Positions 36,615-46,705 of a stretch of DNA of 64,000 bases are shown in pieces. Position 1 is the stretch's first letter. Every line of letters starts with the position of its first letter. Origin of the DNA: a virus. A program made the translations under genes and the position numbers. The notes below the pieces were generated by a model. It searched no databases and was not told the DNA's origin. It saw only the letters and a program-made list of their open reading frames with translations. The stretch lies in IMG/VR virus record IMGVR_UViG_3300020417_001527, positions 21,790 to 85,789 of that record; one strand, written 5' to 3'.

Positions 36615-37832
36615 TCTTGCAAATTCAGGCGACACTTTCATAACATCATCATCTCTAAATTTATCATGCACTTCTGTAACACGCACATAGTCACGCATGT
36701 GACTTTCATTGTATATGTGTTTAGGATCTTCTGCAAAGTTTACACAATCCATTAGAGCTTCTTGCCAGGTTTCAAAGTGTTCGCTGTTGCCTATTTTGTG
36801 TAACAGCTTTTCTATTTTACGCTTTTGTTCTTTCTTTAACCAATCAGGTGCATGTTGCATACTGTAGTAGGCTGGCTCAATGAGTTGGTTACTGCTGAGT
36901 CCTATACCACGCTTCTGTGTTATTTGATAGTCATGTAAAAACTCAAAGAAGTCAGGCAGGTGTAGTGCGTTTGTAATTTGATTAACAGTGGTTACACGCA
37001 CCTTAATACGTTTGCCTGCTTTGGTACTTGCAAAGTCCATTAACTTGGTAAAGTTTTTCCAAACTGAATCCCAGTTGCTTGGAGGACGCAGATAATCATT
37101 CATAGCACCCATGCCTTCAAGTGAACAGTTTACCACAACACGTTTGAACTGTCCTAGTTGTTCTAGCCAACGATCCTGCATGTTTGTGATGTTTGTATAA
37201 AATGACAGTTCAATATTTTTTGCATAATCGTTTGCTGTGCAATAGTCCAACAGACGAAACATATCTGGAAAGACTGTGGGCTCACCACCAATCATTTTTA
37301 TTTCACGAGCATGTGGTATCATGGGTTCAAATGTGTTCCAATCAATGCCCGGTTGTAGCAGAGCTTCTTTTTTGTTGTCAGTTACACGTTCCCAGTCTTC
37401 ATGCTGTACAGGTGCACCATACTTTTCTTTTATTTTTGCACGTTCGACGCTAACCAAATGTGATGCATCTTTGTTGCACATTTGACAATGTAGGTTGCAC
37501 ATGTTACCCAAACGAAAGTCAAACTGCACAGGACTGGATACATTTTCATCTAGTGTTGCTGTGTAGTCTTGCCATTTTTGATTTTCCCATTGTCTACTCG
37601 ATCCAATACCATTGCGTTCCAAGTGTTGACATTCTGAGCATTCAGGCCTCCACTTGCCAGCCAACATGTCTTTGCGAACCTCTTTCATGTAATCAGAGTT
37701 CCATATTTGTTCCATGCTTAGATGATTTTGGTTTAATTCTTCAGCAGGTTCTTTGGCCATACAACAAAGTCTATAACGCCCATGGTTATAGGTGCTGTAC
37801 TGCACAAAAGGTAATGCACAGTAACCACTCAT
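36588..37832 (-). CDS. radical SAM protein with N-terminal Twitch/SPASM-like domain
   Basis: CALPF...LCC...CSEC then CNLHCQMC, GGEP, SLEG. Confidence 0.93.
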   Translation of the reverse strand: MSGYCALPFVQYSTYNHGRYRLCCMAKEPAEELNQNHLSMEQIWNSDYMKEVRKDMLAGKWRPECSECQHLERNGIGSSRQWENQKWQDYTATLDENVSSPVQFDFRLGNMCNLHCQMCNKDASHLVSVERAKIKEKYGAPVQHEDWERVTDNKKEALLQPGIDWNTFEPMIPHAREIKMIGGEPTVFPDMFRLLDYCTANDYAKNIELSFYTNITNMQDRWLEQLGQFKRVVVNCSLEGMGAMNDYLRPPSNWDSVWKNFTKLMDFASTKAGKRIKVRVTTVNQITNALHLPDFFEFLHDYQITQKRGIGLSSNQLIEPAYYSMQHAPDWLKKEQKRKIEKLLHKIGNSEHFETWQEALMDCVNFAEDPKHIYNESHMRDYVRVTEVHDKFRDDDVMKVSPEFARLKSEISVD

Positions 37833-38848
37833 CGATGTTTCCTTGTACGCATGTCAGTGGCATTCATACAGCGTGGCTGTTCACAGATGTAAGGCTCAGT
37901 GGGCCAATTTAGTTTATCCAATTGATCCAATCTACCTATCTTATCTGGGTGTGACCAATTGGCCTGTGGACACCATGATCCTGCTGTAATTTCTTTGAAC
38001 TGATTAATAAAAATTTTATCTATACCTATGTAACATTTCATGCCTGTAAAAACATTATGATTTTGATTTATGTTTCTGTTTGCATGTAGTAGTTCTTCTT
38101 TGCCATCGCTGTATGTAATTATGTGTGGCACACCTATACGCTTTGGTTTGGCTCTAGGCAATGTCCATTCAGAATTATATGTGTTAAACAGAGCATAAGT
38201 TTGTAATATGTGTTCCTGTTCTTCTGTGTAAGGATAACTTTTAGCACCAAATTCAATTCGCATACGCTTGAGGCTCACTGGATAACCATTGCTGTTACTG
38301 GCTAATAATTCAGCACATGCAATAGACTTATCCCAAAGCTCGGGCAGTATAGCAACCAGCACATTTAGTTCATTTACGCCTGGTTTATAGAATGTGTGTG
38401 CTACATCTAGTAGGTGTTCTGGGTCGCACGATTCAATATGCACACTTAGATTAACTGTGTCAATTAGATCTCCGTAACGTTCCCACCAACGCACGGTGCG
38501 TGATCCATTTGTAATTACGCTGATTAAATTTTCTGTATTGTGTTTTTTGATGGCTTGCAAAAACTTATTAAAGTTTGGCATCACAGTTGGCTCACCTCCA
38601 CTCAACACATACTGTATGGGTCGCTGAAAATGATTGTGCATTGCATCCAGTATTTCCAACCATTTGTCTTCTGTGGGCCATGGTTGTTTGCCGTCATGCA
38701 ACGGAGGAGGACAATATGAACAAGCATAGTTACAGGTTGTACCCATGCTCCAATCTACAAGTGCAATATTCTTCTGTGGTACAATGCTGACAATATCAGG
38801 CAAATTGTTCTGCAAATGCATCAAATTTGTCTCCACACTTCTGAGCAC
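37829..38848 (-). CDS. radical SAM protein with C-terminal Twitch-like domain
   Basis: CNYACSYC, SGGEPT, TNGSR; C-terminal CYIG...C...C...C; paralogue of 19038. Confidence 0.92.
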   Translation of the reverse strand: MLRSVETNLMHLQNNLPDIVSIVPQKNIALVDWSMGTTCNYACSYCPPPLHDGKQPWPTEDKWLEILDAMHNHFQRPIQYVLSGGEPTVMPNFNKFLQAIKKHNTENLISVITNGSRTVRWWERYGDLIDTVNLSVHIESCDPEHLLDVAHTFYKPGVNELNVLVAILPELWDKSIACAELLASNSNGYPVSLKRMRIEFGAKSYPYTEEQEHILQTYALFNTYNSEWTLPRAKPKRIGVPHIITYSDGKEELLHANRNINQNHNVFTGMKCYIGIDKIFINQFKEITAGSWCPQANWSHPDKIGRLDQLDKLNWPTEPYICEQPRCMNATDMRTRKHR

Positions 38849-39893
38849 ACACTCCTAGTTTACCAGATTTAATACTGTCTTTGTTCCAACTGTTTTTTAT
38901 ACTACCAAGTATACCACTTTCAAAAACTGTTTCTAGTCCGTGTACTTTACAATCAATGACATCTTTGCCACCTACACCATCTATGTGATCCCAAATTTGT
39001 TCTACTTTAGGATCCAACTGCCACCATTTGTACATGCGTCCTGCTGTCCAACAGCAAGGCAACAGCAATCCTTCTGCTGTGATATAGATGTTCTTTTCTT
39101 CTGCTACCTTGCATTTAATTTTACATGAATCGTAATAATCCATCATTGAACCAAATTGATTTTTAATTTCTTCTTCTTTGGCAAGTGCTTTGTTTTGATA
39201 TGCTTCATTTTTTGGTTTTGCCAGAGTTGCAGTATCTTCGCCTTTTCTGTTCTGTGCTTGATGTGTTTCTTTGCCTGTGTTTTTTGCTGTACTAAAAAAC
39301 CTGCCAGTTTTCTTTGCTCTAAACTTTTCAAAACCCCAAGCCATTGCCATGCCTTCTGCGTCTTCCACTTGATGTTCATTGTAGTCAAATATGATGTAAT
39401 CCCATCTAGCTCTACCACCTGCATCTATAAAACTTGTAAATGAACGCTCTACAATATCCCAACGCACATTCTGTCTGTACATGTGATTTGTGTCTTCAAG
39501 TCCATCCAATGAGAATATAACTGCACCCATACGACCATAAACTCGTGCAAGTTCACGCCACCAATCTGGATCTTTTGCTCCGCCGTTTGTGTTCATGCTC
39601 AGCCAAATTTTAGGATTGTGTTGTCTAAAGTATTCAAATATTTCTAGTGTGTCACGTGCCACAATAGGATCACCCAAGTTGCCACACATATACATTGTAT
39701 TAAGTTGTTGTATAAATTTTGGTTCAAATATTGCTTTAGCATCATCTAGTGTAAGTTCAGCATTTGTGATATGTCGATTGTCGCGACCGCCATTTTCATT
39801 GCGATCACACATAGGGCAAGCCGCCTGGCACCTTTGTGTAACTTCCAAATGTACCATTTTAATATCGTTGTAGCTATACACTTTGTTTACCAA
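38796..39893 (-). CDS. radical SAM/SPASM-like protein
   Basis: CQAACPMC, GNLGDP, NTNGG, LPCCW...CAQKC. Confidence 0.93.
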   Translation of the reverse strand: MVNKVYSYNDIKMVHLEVTQRCQAACPMCDRNENGGRDNRHITNAELTLDDAKAIFEPKFIQQLNTMYMCGNLGDPIVARDTLEIFEYFRQHNPKIWLSMNTNGGAKDPDWWRELARVYGRMGAVIFSLDGLEDTNHMYRQNVRWDIVERSFTSFIDAGGRARWDYIIFDYNEHQVEDAEGMAMAWGFEKFRAKKTGRFFSTAKNTGKETHQAQNRKGEDTATLAKPKNEAYQNKALAKEEEIKNQFGSMMDYYDSCKIKCKVAEEKNIYITAEGLLLPCCWTAGRMYKWWQLDPKVEQIWDHIDGVGGKDVIDCKVHGLETVFESGILGSIKNSWNKDSIKSGKLGVCAQKCGDKFDAFAEQFA

Positions 39894-41379
39894 GCAACCT
39901 TTCTATAATTGCACTTTCATGTTTTTGTGTTTTGTTGTTAAACTGATCTACACTTATGATGCTGGGCTCATCATCCATCAACACAGCCATTTCTGGAAAT
40001 GTTTTACAGAAGTCTAAGTTTCTAGTTTTATCAATGAGTCGTATGTATTCTCTAAACTGTGGCATACGTCTGCTCCAGTCTTCACTTTTCATAAAATTGA
40101 TCATGCCACGCATACGTTCTATGCCGTGACTTGCATTCATAAAATCGTCCTTGGTTACTTTCCCTCGGTACCAACTTGGTATTCCTAATTCCCAATTTTC
40201 TTCCCACCATGTATAAAACTTTTCATACTTGATTTCTGTTTGCTGTTTGAACCATAATGGCAATGTCTTTACATTCAAAGGAGCAGGCCAATAAACAAAA
40301 TGTGTGTTCACACTTCCTGCTGAAAAAGGCCACATGTTTACTTTTGTAAAGCCTTGTTGCAGTTTCCATTTGAAAAAATCTGGCAGATAATATATGTTCA
40401 ATGCATTAACGGCACAGGCCAGAGTTACTTCAACATTGTCTGTGGTTTCGTTGTTAAGTTTCCATATCTGTCTAACTTGATGATTCCAATCGCTGGGGTA
40501 ACGTATGTAATCATTCATTGCACCTATGCTGTCTAAACTGTAATGAAAACGCACCAGTTTAAAATGACTCCACAGTTCAAACAAATCATCACGCCATTCA
40601 ACAGCATTTGAATTGTAACGCAGTTCTAAATTAGGTGCATGTCCACTTTCAATTATTTTTTCTAATATTGTGTAGTGTTCATCCATCACAGTTGATTCAC
40701 CACCAGCAAAATAAAGTTGTAGCATGTTTGGTATCTGTTTCCAAAACTGCTCCCAAAACTTGTCATTGCTTTTGTGCCAATTGTAACTGGCGTTAAAGTT
40801 TTTACCTTTGTTTTCCCAATTCCATATTTCTTTAAGTTCAGGATCTTTCAGTTGTGGATACATTTTGTTCCACTCTTTGACCCAACCTGATGAATCATGT
40901 GGTGAACACATAACACAGGCAAGTTGACATTTAGTACCCATACGCAAATCTATGTAACGCAGTTTGGTTGGTATGCTACCATCTGTTTCTGTTTCTTTGA
41001 GCATTTCATCAATATCAATGCGTTTGCTCCAATAGTTTGTTTCCCATTGGCGTTTGCTGTGATGTCCTGCATCTTCTTCTTTGTAGCACTTCATACAGGA
41101 AGGAGGTCGCTGTCCTTTCAACATCATCTGTCGTGTGCCACGCATGTACGAATTGTTCCACGAACTTTCAAGGTCAGAGTTGTTTAAATTGGCTGGTATA
41201 CCCTCCTCTGTACGCAGTACACCCACCTGTCCTCCAAACTCTTTGTCGTTGGTTACACCAACACTACTGGCGTTTGCTGTACAGCATACACGCATAGCAC
41301 CGTCAGGACGAGTGCTTAAATGTATCCATGGCAACACACAAAATGTATCGCTGGGTGGTGTAAAACGTTTCTTGGTCAT
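39874..41379 (-). CDS. radical SAM protein with N-terminal Twitch/SPASM-like domain
   Basis: FCVLPW...VCC...CMKC then CQLACVMC, AGGES. Confidence 0.93.
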   Translation of the reverse strand: MTKKRFTPPSDTFCVLPWIHLSTRPDGAMRVCCTANASSVGVTNDKEFGGQVGVLRTEEGIPANLNNSDLESSWNNSYMRGTRQMMLKGQRPPSCMKCYKEEDAGHHSKRQWETNYWSKRIDIDEMLKETETDGSIPTKLRYIDLRMGTKCQLACVMCSPHDSSGWVKEWNKMYPQLKDPELKEIWNWENKGKNFNASYNWHKSNDKFWEQFWKQIPNMLQLYFAGGESTVMDEHYTILEKIIESGHAPNLELRYNSNAVEWRDDLFELWSHFKLVRFHYSLDSIGAMNDYIRYPSDWNHQVRQIWKLNNETTDNVEVTLACAVNALNIYYLPDFFKWKLQQGFTKVNMWPFSAGSVNTHFVYWPAPLNVKTLPLWFKQQTEIKYEKFYTWWEENWELGIPSWYRGKVTKDDFMNASHGIERMRGMINFMKSEDWSRRMPQFREYIRLIDKTRNLDFCKTFPEMAVLMDDEPSIISVDQFNNKTQKHESAIIERLLGKQSV

Positions 41380-41387
41380 ACTATTAT

Positions 41388-41681
41388 TTACTGATTCATT
41401 TTCTCTACACGCATTGACTTACTGCAATTTTCAACACACAATGGAGGTGGTGTAGTGTTCCAATTATCTGTGTTCCAATGCTCTGTGAAAGGTTTGCTTT
41501 TTAATATAGCAGTCAATTTGTGTTTGTTAATATCATTCCAATCGCTGGGCAGATTATCTATGTAGTCGTCTCCTGTACAGCCAAATCTATTTGCGGCCGC
41601 ACTATAAAAACAGCAAGGCCATACACGACCTTCTGTGTCTAATTTTATTTCTTTTTCACGCAGAGCTAGACAATCAATCAT
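41388..41681 (-). CDS. stand-alone SPASM/Twitch-like Fe-S domain protein
   Basis: C...GRVWPCC...CVENC; GDDYIDNLPSDWND near-identical to the 10235 ORF. Confidence 0.72.
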   Translation of the reverse strand: MIDCLALREKEIKLDTEGRVWPCCFYSAAANRFGCTGDDYIDNLPSDWNDINKHKLTAILKSKPFTEHWNTDNWNTTPPPLCVENCSKSMRVEKMNQ

Positions 41682-42364
41682 TGCAATATGCTCCGTGCTT
41701 GTTCTATCATATCGTTTGCCTTTGATATATTTGCATCAGCAATCAATCCATATTCTCTATCTTGGAATTTAAAATCAATGCCTATGTTATACTGTTTAGC
41801 AATTCTGGCCGCTTCTGGTATCTGTTGCCAGTTCCAATCAAATATAAGAAAGTCCCATGAACAACCTCCTTCATGACAATGTTGTGCAAATGTTATCATG
41901 TTATCCATTGCACGTTCAAAGTTAACTCGCTTTCTGTACAGATCATTTACTTCTGCTGTGGTTCCATCTATAGAAAAAACCAAGTGTCCAAACGGATCTA
42001 ATGTTTCTGCTAGTTTAACATAGAAGTCTTTGTTTCGCAAGCCTCCATTTGTGTGAACAAGAACTGTGTTTTCCTGTCTGTGTCTAACATAACGAATAAT
42101 ATCAAATATCTGTGGGTGCATCATTGGATCGCCAAATTCACCACACAATTTTATTTTGTAATCTTTGCCATGTGGAATATTATTTTTGATCCATCGTATA
42201 ACAGTTTCAAATGGAACATGTTCCATGCTCAGCAGTTCACAAGTTTTAAAAGGAGTTTTGAAAAAATCTTCAAATCTACCACAGCTCGGACAACCGGCTT
42301 GGCATTGATTTGTTATGTAAACATCTAATACTTTTAGTTGTTCACGCCAGTCAATATTAGACAT
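41678..42364 (-). CDS. radical SAM protein (core domain only)
   Basis: CQAGCPSC, GEFGDPMMHP, HTNGG, FSIDG. Confidence 0.9.
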   Translation of the reverse strand: MSNIDWREQLKVLDVYITNQCQAGCPSCGRFEDFFKTPFKTCELLSMEHVPFETVIRWIKNNIPHGKDYKIKLCGEFGDPMMHPQIFDIIRYVRHRQENTVLVHTNGGLRNKDFYVKLAETLDPFGHLVFSIDGTTAEVNDLYRKRVNFERAMDNMITFAQHCHEGGCSWDFLIFDWNWQQIPEAARIAKQYNIGIDFKFQDREYGLIADANISKANDMIEQARSILQ

Positions 42365-43085
42365 AAACTTCTTTGTCTGGACTTCCCATTTTAATAACTT
42401 TCAGTGATTTTTCTGTAACATCACCGGTTATTTGTAATGCTGGCCGTTTACGCCAACTGCCATTCCATGTAGCATGTGGTAGTGTACTCCATTCCCATAC
42501 AAGGAATTCACCTGCTCGCCAATGTGTATGGTAGTAAGTGCCAAACATAAAAAGTTGTCCAGGCTCCCAATCTTCTAAAAATACAAAGAATCTTGCTTTG
42601 TGTAATGCATGTTTAAAATCAGGATTATCAACCACACGTTCTTTGCTGGGTATTCCAGGCAAATTATCTATATGATTGGGCAGTTGATCTGACACCAATT
42701 GATCGTTAAACTTCCATGTCCTGTTATCTCCCAGTCCAAAGTGTTCTGCCATAGCAACCAGTTTTGGAAATTGTTCTCTGTTGTCTTTGTCAAAATGTCT
42801 TTTGTGAAACATGGGTGCATCTGGTTTGCCACCTTCTGCTAACATAGGAGCATCTTCTTCTGCATGATACACTCCGTCTACTGTGCCTGCTTTATTGGCG
42901 GCATGTCCATAACCTTGTTTGTTATACGGAGCCGCGGAAACACCCAGTTCACGCATTGCATCTATTTCGTCTTGCCAATCGCCCACAAACCTGCCTAACA
43001 CTTTCATGTATTCGCCAGGTTGATCTTTACGCCATTTGTCAAAATGCCAATCAGGAAAAGGCTTGTTTTCTATTGTTATTTCCAT
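42357..43085 (-). CDS. 2OG-Fe(II) oxygenase-like protein
   Basis: NHID...FVFLEDWEPGQ...PHATWN...RPALQITG. Confidence 0.65.
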   Translation of the reverse strand: MEITIENKPFPDWHFDKWRKDQPGEYMKVLGRFVGDWQDEIDAMRELGVSAAPYNKQGYGHAANKAGTVDGVYHAEEDAPMLAEGGKPDAPMFHKRHFDKDNREQFPKLVAMAEHFGLGDNRTWKFNDQLVSDQLPNHIDNLPGIPSKERVVDNPDFKHALHKARFFVFLEDWEPGQLFMFGTYYHTHWRAGEFLVWEWSTLPHATWNGSWRKRPALQITGDVTEKSLKVIKMGSPDKEVYV

Positions 43086-43732
43086 TATGTAATCCGTTGA
43101 TATGTGATGTAAACGTCATTCCATTTACCATTATTACTGTACTTATCTGCATTAAAATTAGGTAACTCTGTGAAACTGTTCACATCACTTGCAGGTTTCC
43201 ATGCCATATTGTTGCGTATGGCAAAGTCTAACATGTATGCATTTTCATATCTGATACGTTCATGCATGGTGTTATAATCTTTGTATCCTGGTCTATAATC
43301 AGGCCAGTGATCTTCTGTGAAGTCCATAACTTCGCACCACCAAGCAAAACTCTTTTGTGGTTCTCTGTACACTAAAAAAATAAAATCGCTAGAAAAGTTT
43401 TCTGCGATCCAGTCTAAATTATAATGTCTAAGTAGGAAATGGTTTTTAATAATTCTAGTGCCAGTGCCTGTGAATACAGAACGGATATCTTTTTGTATTT
43501 GCTCTGTGCCTAGTTTTTGTAGTTCCATCCAATGCTCCCCACAACCCATTCCTGGTCCCCAATAAGCACCAGAGTGTCCATTTAATGGATTGTGAGGGTT
43601 TGCATTTTTATGGAAAAATCTTCGGTCGTCATTTTCATCTGTTCGATCCACATTGTCACAAGCATTAACCAGTAACCTGTGTATTCCGCTCCATCGACTG
43701 CCAGGTACTCCTGCGAACCAAAGATTATTCAT
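43085..43732 (-). CDS. sulfotransferase-like hypothetical protein
   Basis: WFAGVPGSRWSG, IIKNH, LVYREP resemble sulfotransferase 5'PSB, KxH and RDP elements. Confidence 0.5.
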   Translation of the reverse strand: MNNLWFAGVPGSRWSGIHRLLVNACDNVDRTDENDDRRFFHKNANPHNPLNGHSGAYWGPGMGCGEHWMELQKLGTEQIQKDIRSVFTGTGTRIIKNHFLLRHYNLDWIAENFSSDFIFLVYREPQKSFAWWCEVMDFTEDHWPDYRPGYKDYNTMHERIRYENAYMLDFAIRNNMAWKPASDVNSFTELPNFNADKYSNNGKWNDVYITYQRIT

Positions 43733-44802
43733 TACTCTAACAGTTCAGGTTTGAACACACCTTCTGTGCCAATAGTAAATTGTGTTACTTTTAGCAGATT
43801 TTTTAGAGTATCTTCGTTGATCAAAGTAAACAACATATCCACATGAGCTTGTGCTTCTGCTCCTGTGAGTGTTGGATATTTGCCAACTTTTTTGTTAATA
43901 ATTTTCATGCTGTCTTTGTCATTTAACATGTCAGCAATAGCATCAATTATTACCTGTTTACGTGGATGATCTCGTGGTATCCAAATTGCTTTTTGCAATC
44001 CGTCTCTCCAACTTTTAAGAAGTTTGTATGCATCATAAAAGTCACCATATGGATAAACATCATGTGTTAGCATGAATTTGTCTTCCAATAGTGTGCCTGG
44101 AAAGTTTGGATCATCTTCATGTTCACCTGTGGAAGCATTTAGAATACCATGTGAGAACCAGTATTCACCTGTGCCGTCCTCCATCATTTCTTTGTACTTC
44201 TTTTTGGTTTTGATTGGATTATCACGTGATGCATTCAGTTCACCATTCATAAATGCAATCCGTCTATCGCTACCGCCATATCCTGGAATCCATACAACTT
44301 TGTCTTTGAAACAAGCCAGATATTCATCCACACTCATTTCTGTGCCACAAGTGAGCAGAGTAACAGCCATTGCTTCTGATACTGTGCCTGACCCAGATGC
44401 CATGATTGGTGTATCTTTGGTTGGATCAAATGACTTCCATTTGGTAACAATAATGTTTAGATTTTGAATTAGAATTGGTTCAAGGTTTCTATAATCAAAT
44501 CCTTTTAGATCAACCTGTAGAAAACTTTCAGCATTACCACCATGTGTAATTTGTAACACATGATCATCAGCTTTGTTTAGTGTAACATAGTCTTTGAGTG
44601 CTTTTCTATCACTTTCACCTGTTACAAACTCTAGTACAATTTGATCATCTGCTGGTAGAAATTTATTGATTTCTGTAGCAATTAAATTTGCCCATGTACC
44701 AGTTCCTCCGGTGGGCTTTTGTGGAACTACAACATTGAAATCAGCATGTGCCGTAGTTGCCAAAGTTAGAGCCGTGATCGCTCCGAGTAGTAGTTTTTTC
44801 AT
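43732..44802 (-). CDS. tctC: tripartite tricarboxylate transporter substrate-binding protein (TctC/Bug-like)
   Basis: Signal peptide MKKLLLGAITALTLATTAHA then VVPQKPTGGTG; IPGYGG; start at 44802 with AAGGA RBS. Confidence 0.7.
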   Translation of the reverse strand: MKKLLLGAITALTLATTAHADFNVVVPQKPTGGTGTWANLIATEINKFLPADDQIVLEFVTGESDRKALKDYVTLNKADDHVLQITHGGNAESFLQVDLKGFDYRNLEPILIQNLNIIVTKWKSFDPTKDTPIMASGSGTVSEAMAVTLLTCGTEMSVDEYLACFKDKVVWIPGYGGSDRRIAFMNGELNASRDNPIKTKKKYKEMMEDGTGEYWFSHGILNASTGEHEDDPNFPGTLLEDKFMLTHDVYPYGDFYDAYKLLKSWRDGLQKAIWIPRDHPRKQVIIDAIADMLNDKDSMKIINKKVGKYPTLTGAEAQAHVDMLFTLINEDTLKNLLKVTQFTIGTEGVFKPELLE

Positions 44803-44812
44803 AACATTTCCT

Positions 44813-45868
44813 TTAATTTCTAGGTTTTGCTTTTTGGCCTGTTGCTTTATATACCTGAGCAATAATGCTTGTGGTTGCTGGTTCGACCAATGCACTATTT
44901 ACTCCGGCCCAAACAGCCATTGCAAGATCTCCATGGAACCATTCGTAGTCACCCATGTCAGCCTTTAGTTTATTTAATTCTTCTTCATTGCTGAAGGCTT
45001 GAGCAATAGTTTCCTGCATCTGATTCTTGTATGGAGATTCACAAATAACAATCAATGAATCCAAAAGATGTGATGCATTCGCGGCCGTTCGCATGGCTGA
45101 ATAAAATTCACCCTGTGGCCATTCACCCCAACGTTTTACAAATAAATGTTCAAACATAGGACCTCTTTGCACAGTATTTGGATCAGGAGCAATACCATCC
45201 ATGGTTTGTACACCCCAATTGAATAGTGGCTTGAAGCCTCCACGTGGACCTTCAATTTTGCCCATAAGTGTATCTTCTTTCAGCACACGACTGCCAGGAG
45301 CTCTACTGAAATCCAATTCACCATTTAAGATACCCAAACGTCTGTCTGGACCTTTCATGCCTGAGATAGCATTAATACCATCAGGACCAATATAATTTAA
45401 ATATTCCTCTGTGGCTCTCCACGGACCAAGTGCCAACAGCACAAGACCCATCACATCAGGAGTTGCTTTACCATGAATAGCAATATTGCCTGTGGTAAAA
45501 GTCAATGGATCAACGTCATTGTGTGTATACACCACACTTGAATGATTGTTGATCAGTAACGGACAATAGTTTTTAAAATCATGTTTTGCCCATTTAGGAT
45601 TCACCATGTATTCAGTGGCATATTCTGAACTGGTTGACAGTATGGTTGGATCATTTACATTTTCCAAATACTCATCAACTGCTTTACGACCGCCAGAACC
45701 ATTTACGTGCAGTACATCTACAGGATTGGTTGTCACAGTACTCAACATTTTTGCAATGTTGATGTTCCATTGTCCGGTGGCCCCTCCAGCACCTCCGTGT
45801 GTGTAAATTTTATAATCAGCATGAGCTGGAGATACTAACAGAGTTAGTGCAATCAGTAGTCTTTTCAT
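44813..45868 (-). CDS. second, divergent TctC/Bug-like substrate-binding protein
   Basis: Signal peptide ending PAHA, GGAGGATG, NGSGG, LNGELD; paralogous to the 43732 ORF. Confidence 0.6.
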   Translation of the reverse strand: MKRLLIALTLLVSPAHADYKIYTHGGAGGATGQWNINIAKMLSTVTTNPVDVLHVNGSGGRKAVDEYLENVNDPTILSTSSEYATEYMVNPKWAKHDFKNYCPLLINNHSSVVYTHNDVDPLTFTTGNIAIHGKATPDVMGLVLLALGPWRATEEYLNYIGPDGINAISGMKGPDRRLGILNGELDFSRAPGSRVLKEDTLMGKIEGPRGGFKPLFNWGVQTMDGIAPDPNTVQRGPMFEHLFVKRWGEWPQGEFYSAMRTAANASHLLDSLIVICESPYKNQMQETIAQAFSNEEELNKLKADMGDYEWFHGDLAMAVWAGVNSALVEPATTSIIAQVYKATGQKAKPRN

Positions 45869-45871
45869 AGT

Positions 45872-46054
45872 TTACCTTTCTTCTACTTGTATAATTGATG
45901 GTTTACACCAGGCAGAGTAACGTCCTGCCAATCTATCACTTTCGCGATTAATCATTTTGGCATACCAACTGCATTTCTGCATGTTAGGATACTCAATTTG
46001 ACCTTCTGTTTCTTGTCCATTCATTAGCATTAATATGAAAACCAATTTATCCAA
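45872..46054 (-). CDS. small hypothetical protein (two Cys)
   Basis: YPNMQKC...AWCKP; similar layout to 17487 and 59359. Confidence 0.55.
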   Translation of the reverse strand: MDKLVFILMLMNGQETEGQIEYPNMQKCSWYAKMINRESDRLAGRYSAWCKPSIIQVEER

Positions 46055-46705
46055 TTATAATGTCCTTAATGCCTCTAATGGATTGTTTGATTGATAGACA
46101 GGTCTGCCTACCACCACGTAATCAGCACCATGAGTAAATGCTTTTTCTCTAGTTGCAATACGTTTTTGATCATCACCTGATTGACCCCATGGTCTTATAC
46201 CAGGTGTTACTATTAATTTATCTTTGTAATTGTGTCGTATAATTTTAACTTCTTCTGGCGAACATATCACACCATCTGCTCCAAATCTAAATGCAAGTTC
46301 GGCTCTGCGTTCCACAATGTGTTGAATATCACCATCCACAACTAAATTCATATTCAAATCATTTCTGTTTAAACTGGTTAAAACTGTAACAGCCAGTATC
46401 TTTACATCACCTTTTACTTTACTTGCCGCCTCAACAATGTGTGGATCGCCCATTACAGTTAGAAACTTAACACCCATATCAGCAACATTGCGAACTGCAT
46501 CTTGCACAGTATTGCCAATGTCATACAGTTTTAAATCTAAAAACACATTTTTATATCGTGCTAGATTTCGTACTGCATCAAATCCATTTTGTGTTACAAA
46601 ATTAAGTCCTGTTTTGTACCATTGATGATTATCAAGTTTTTCAATTAAATTTAGATTATCTTTCAATGTAGGCATATCCAATGCCACTATTGTTTTATCA
46701 TGCAT
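46055..46705 (-). CDS. pyrF: orotidine-5'-phosphate decarboxylase
   Basis: IVALD, DLKLYDIGNTV, VTVLTS, VTPGIR, DQKR, VVGRP. Confidence 0.95.
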   Translation of the reverse strand: MHDKTIVALDMPTLKDNLNLIEKLDNHQWYKTGLNFVTQNGFDAVRNLARYKNVFLDLKLYDIGNTVQDAVRNVADMGVKFLTVMGDPHIVEAASKVKGDVKILAVTVLTSLNRNDLNMNLVVDGDIQHIVERRAELAFRFGADGVICSPEEVKIIRHNYKDKLIVTPGIRPWGQSGDDQKRIATREKAFTHGADYVVVGRPVYQSNNPLEALRTL

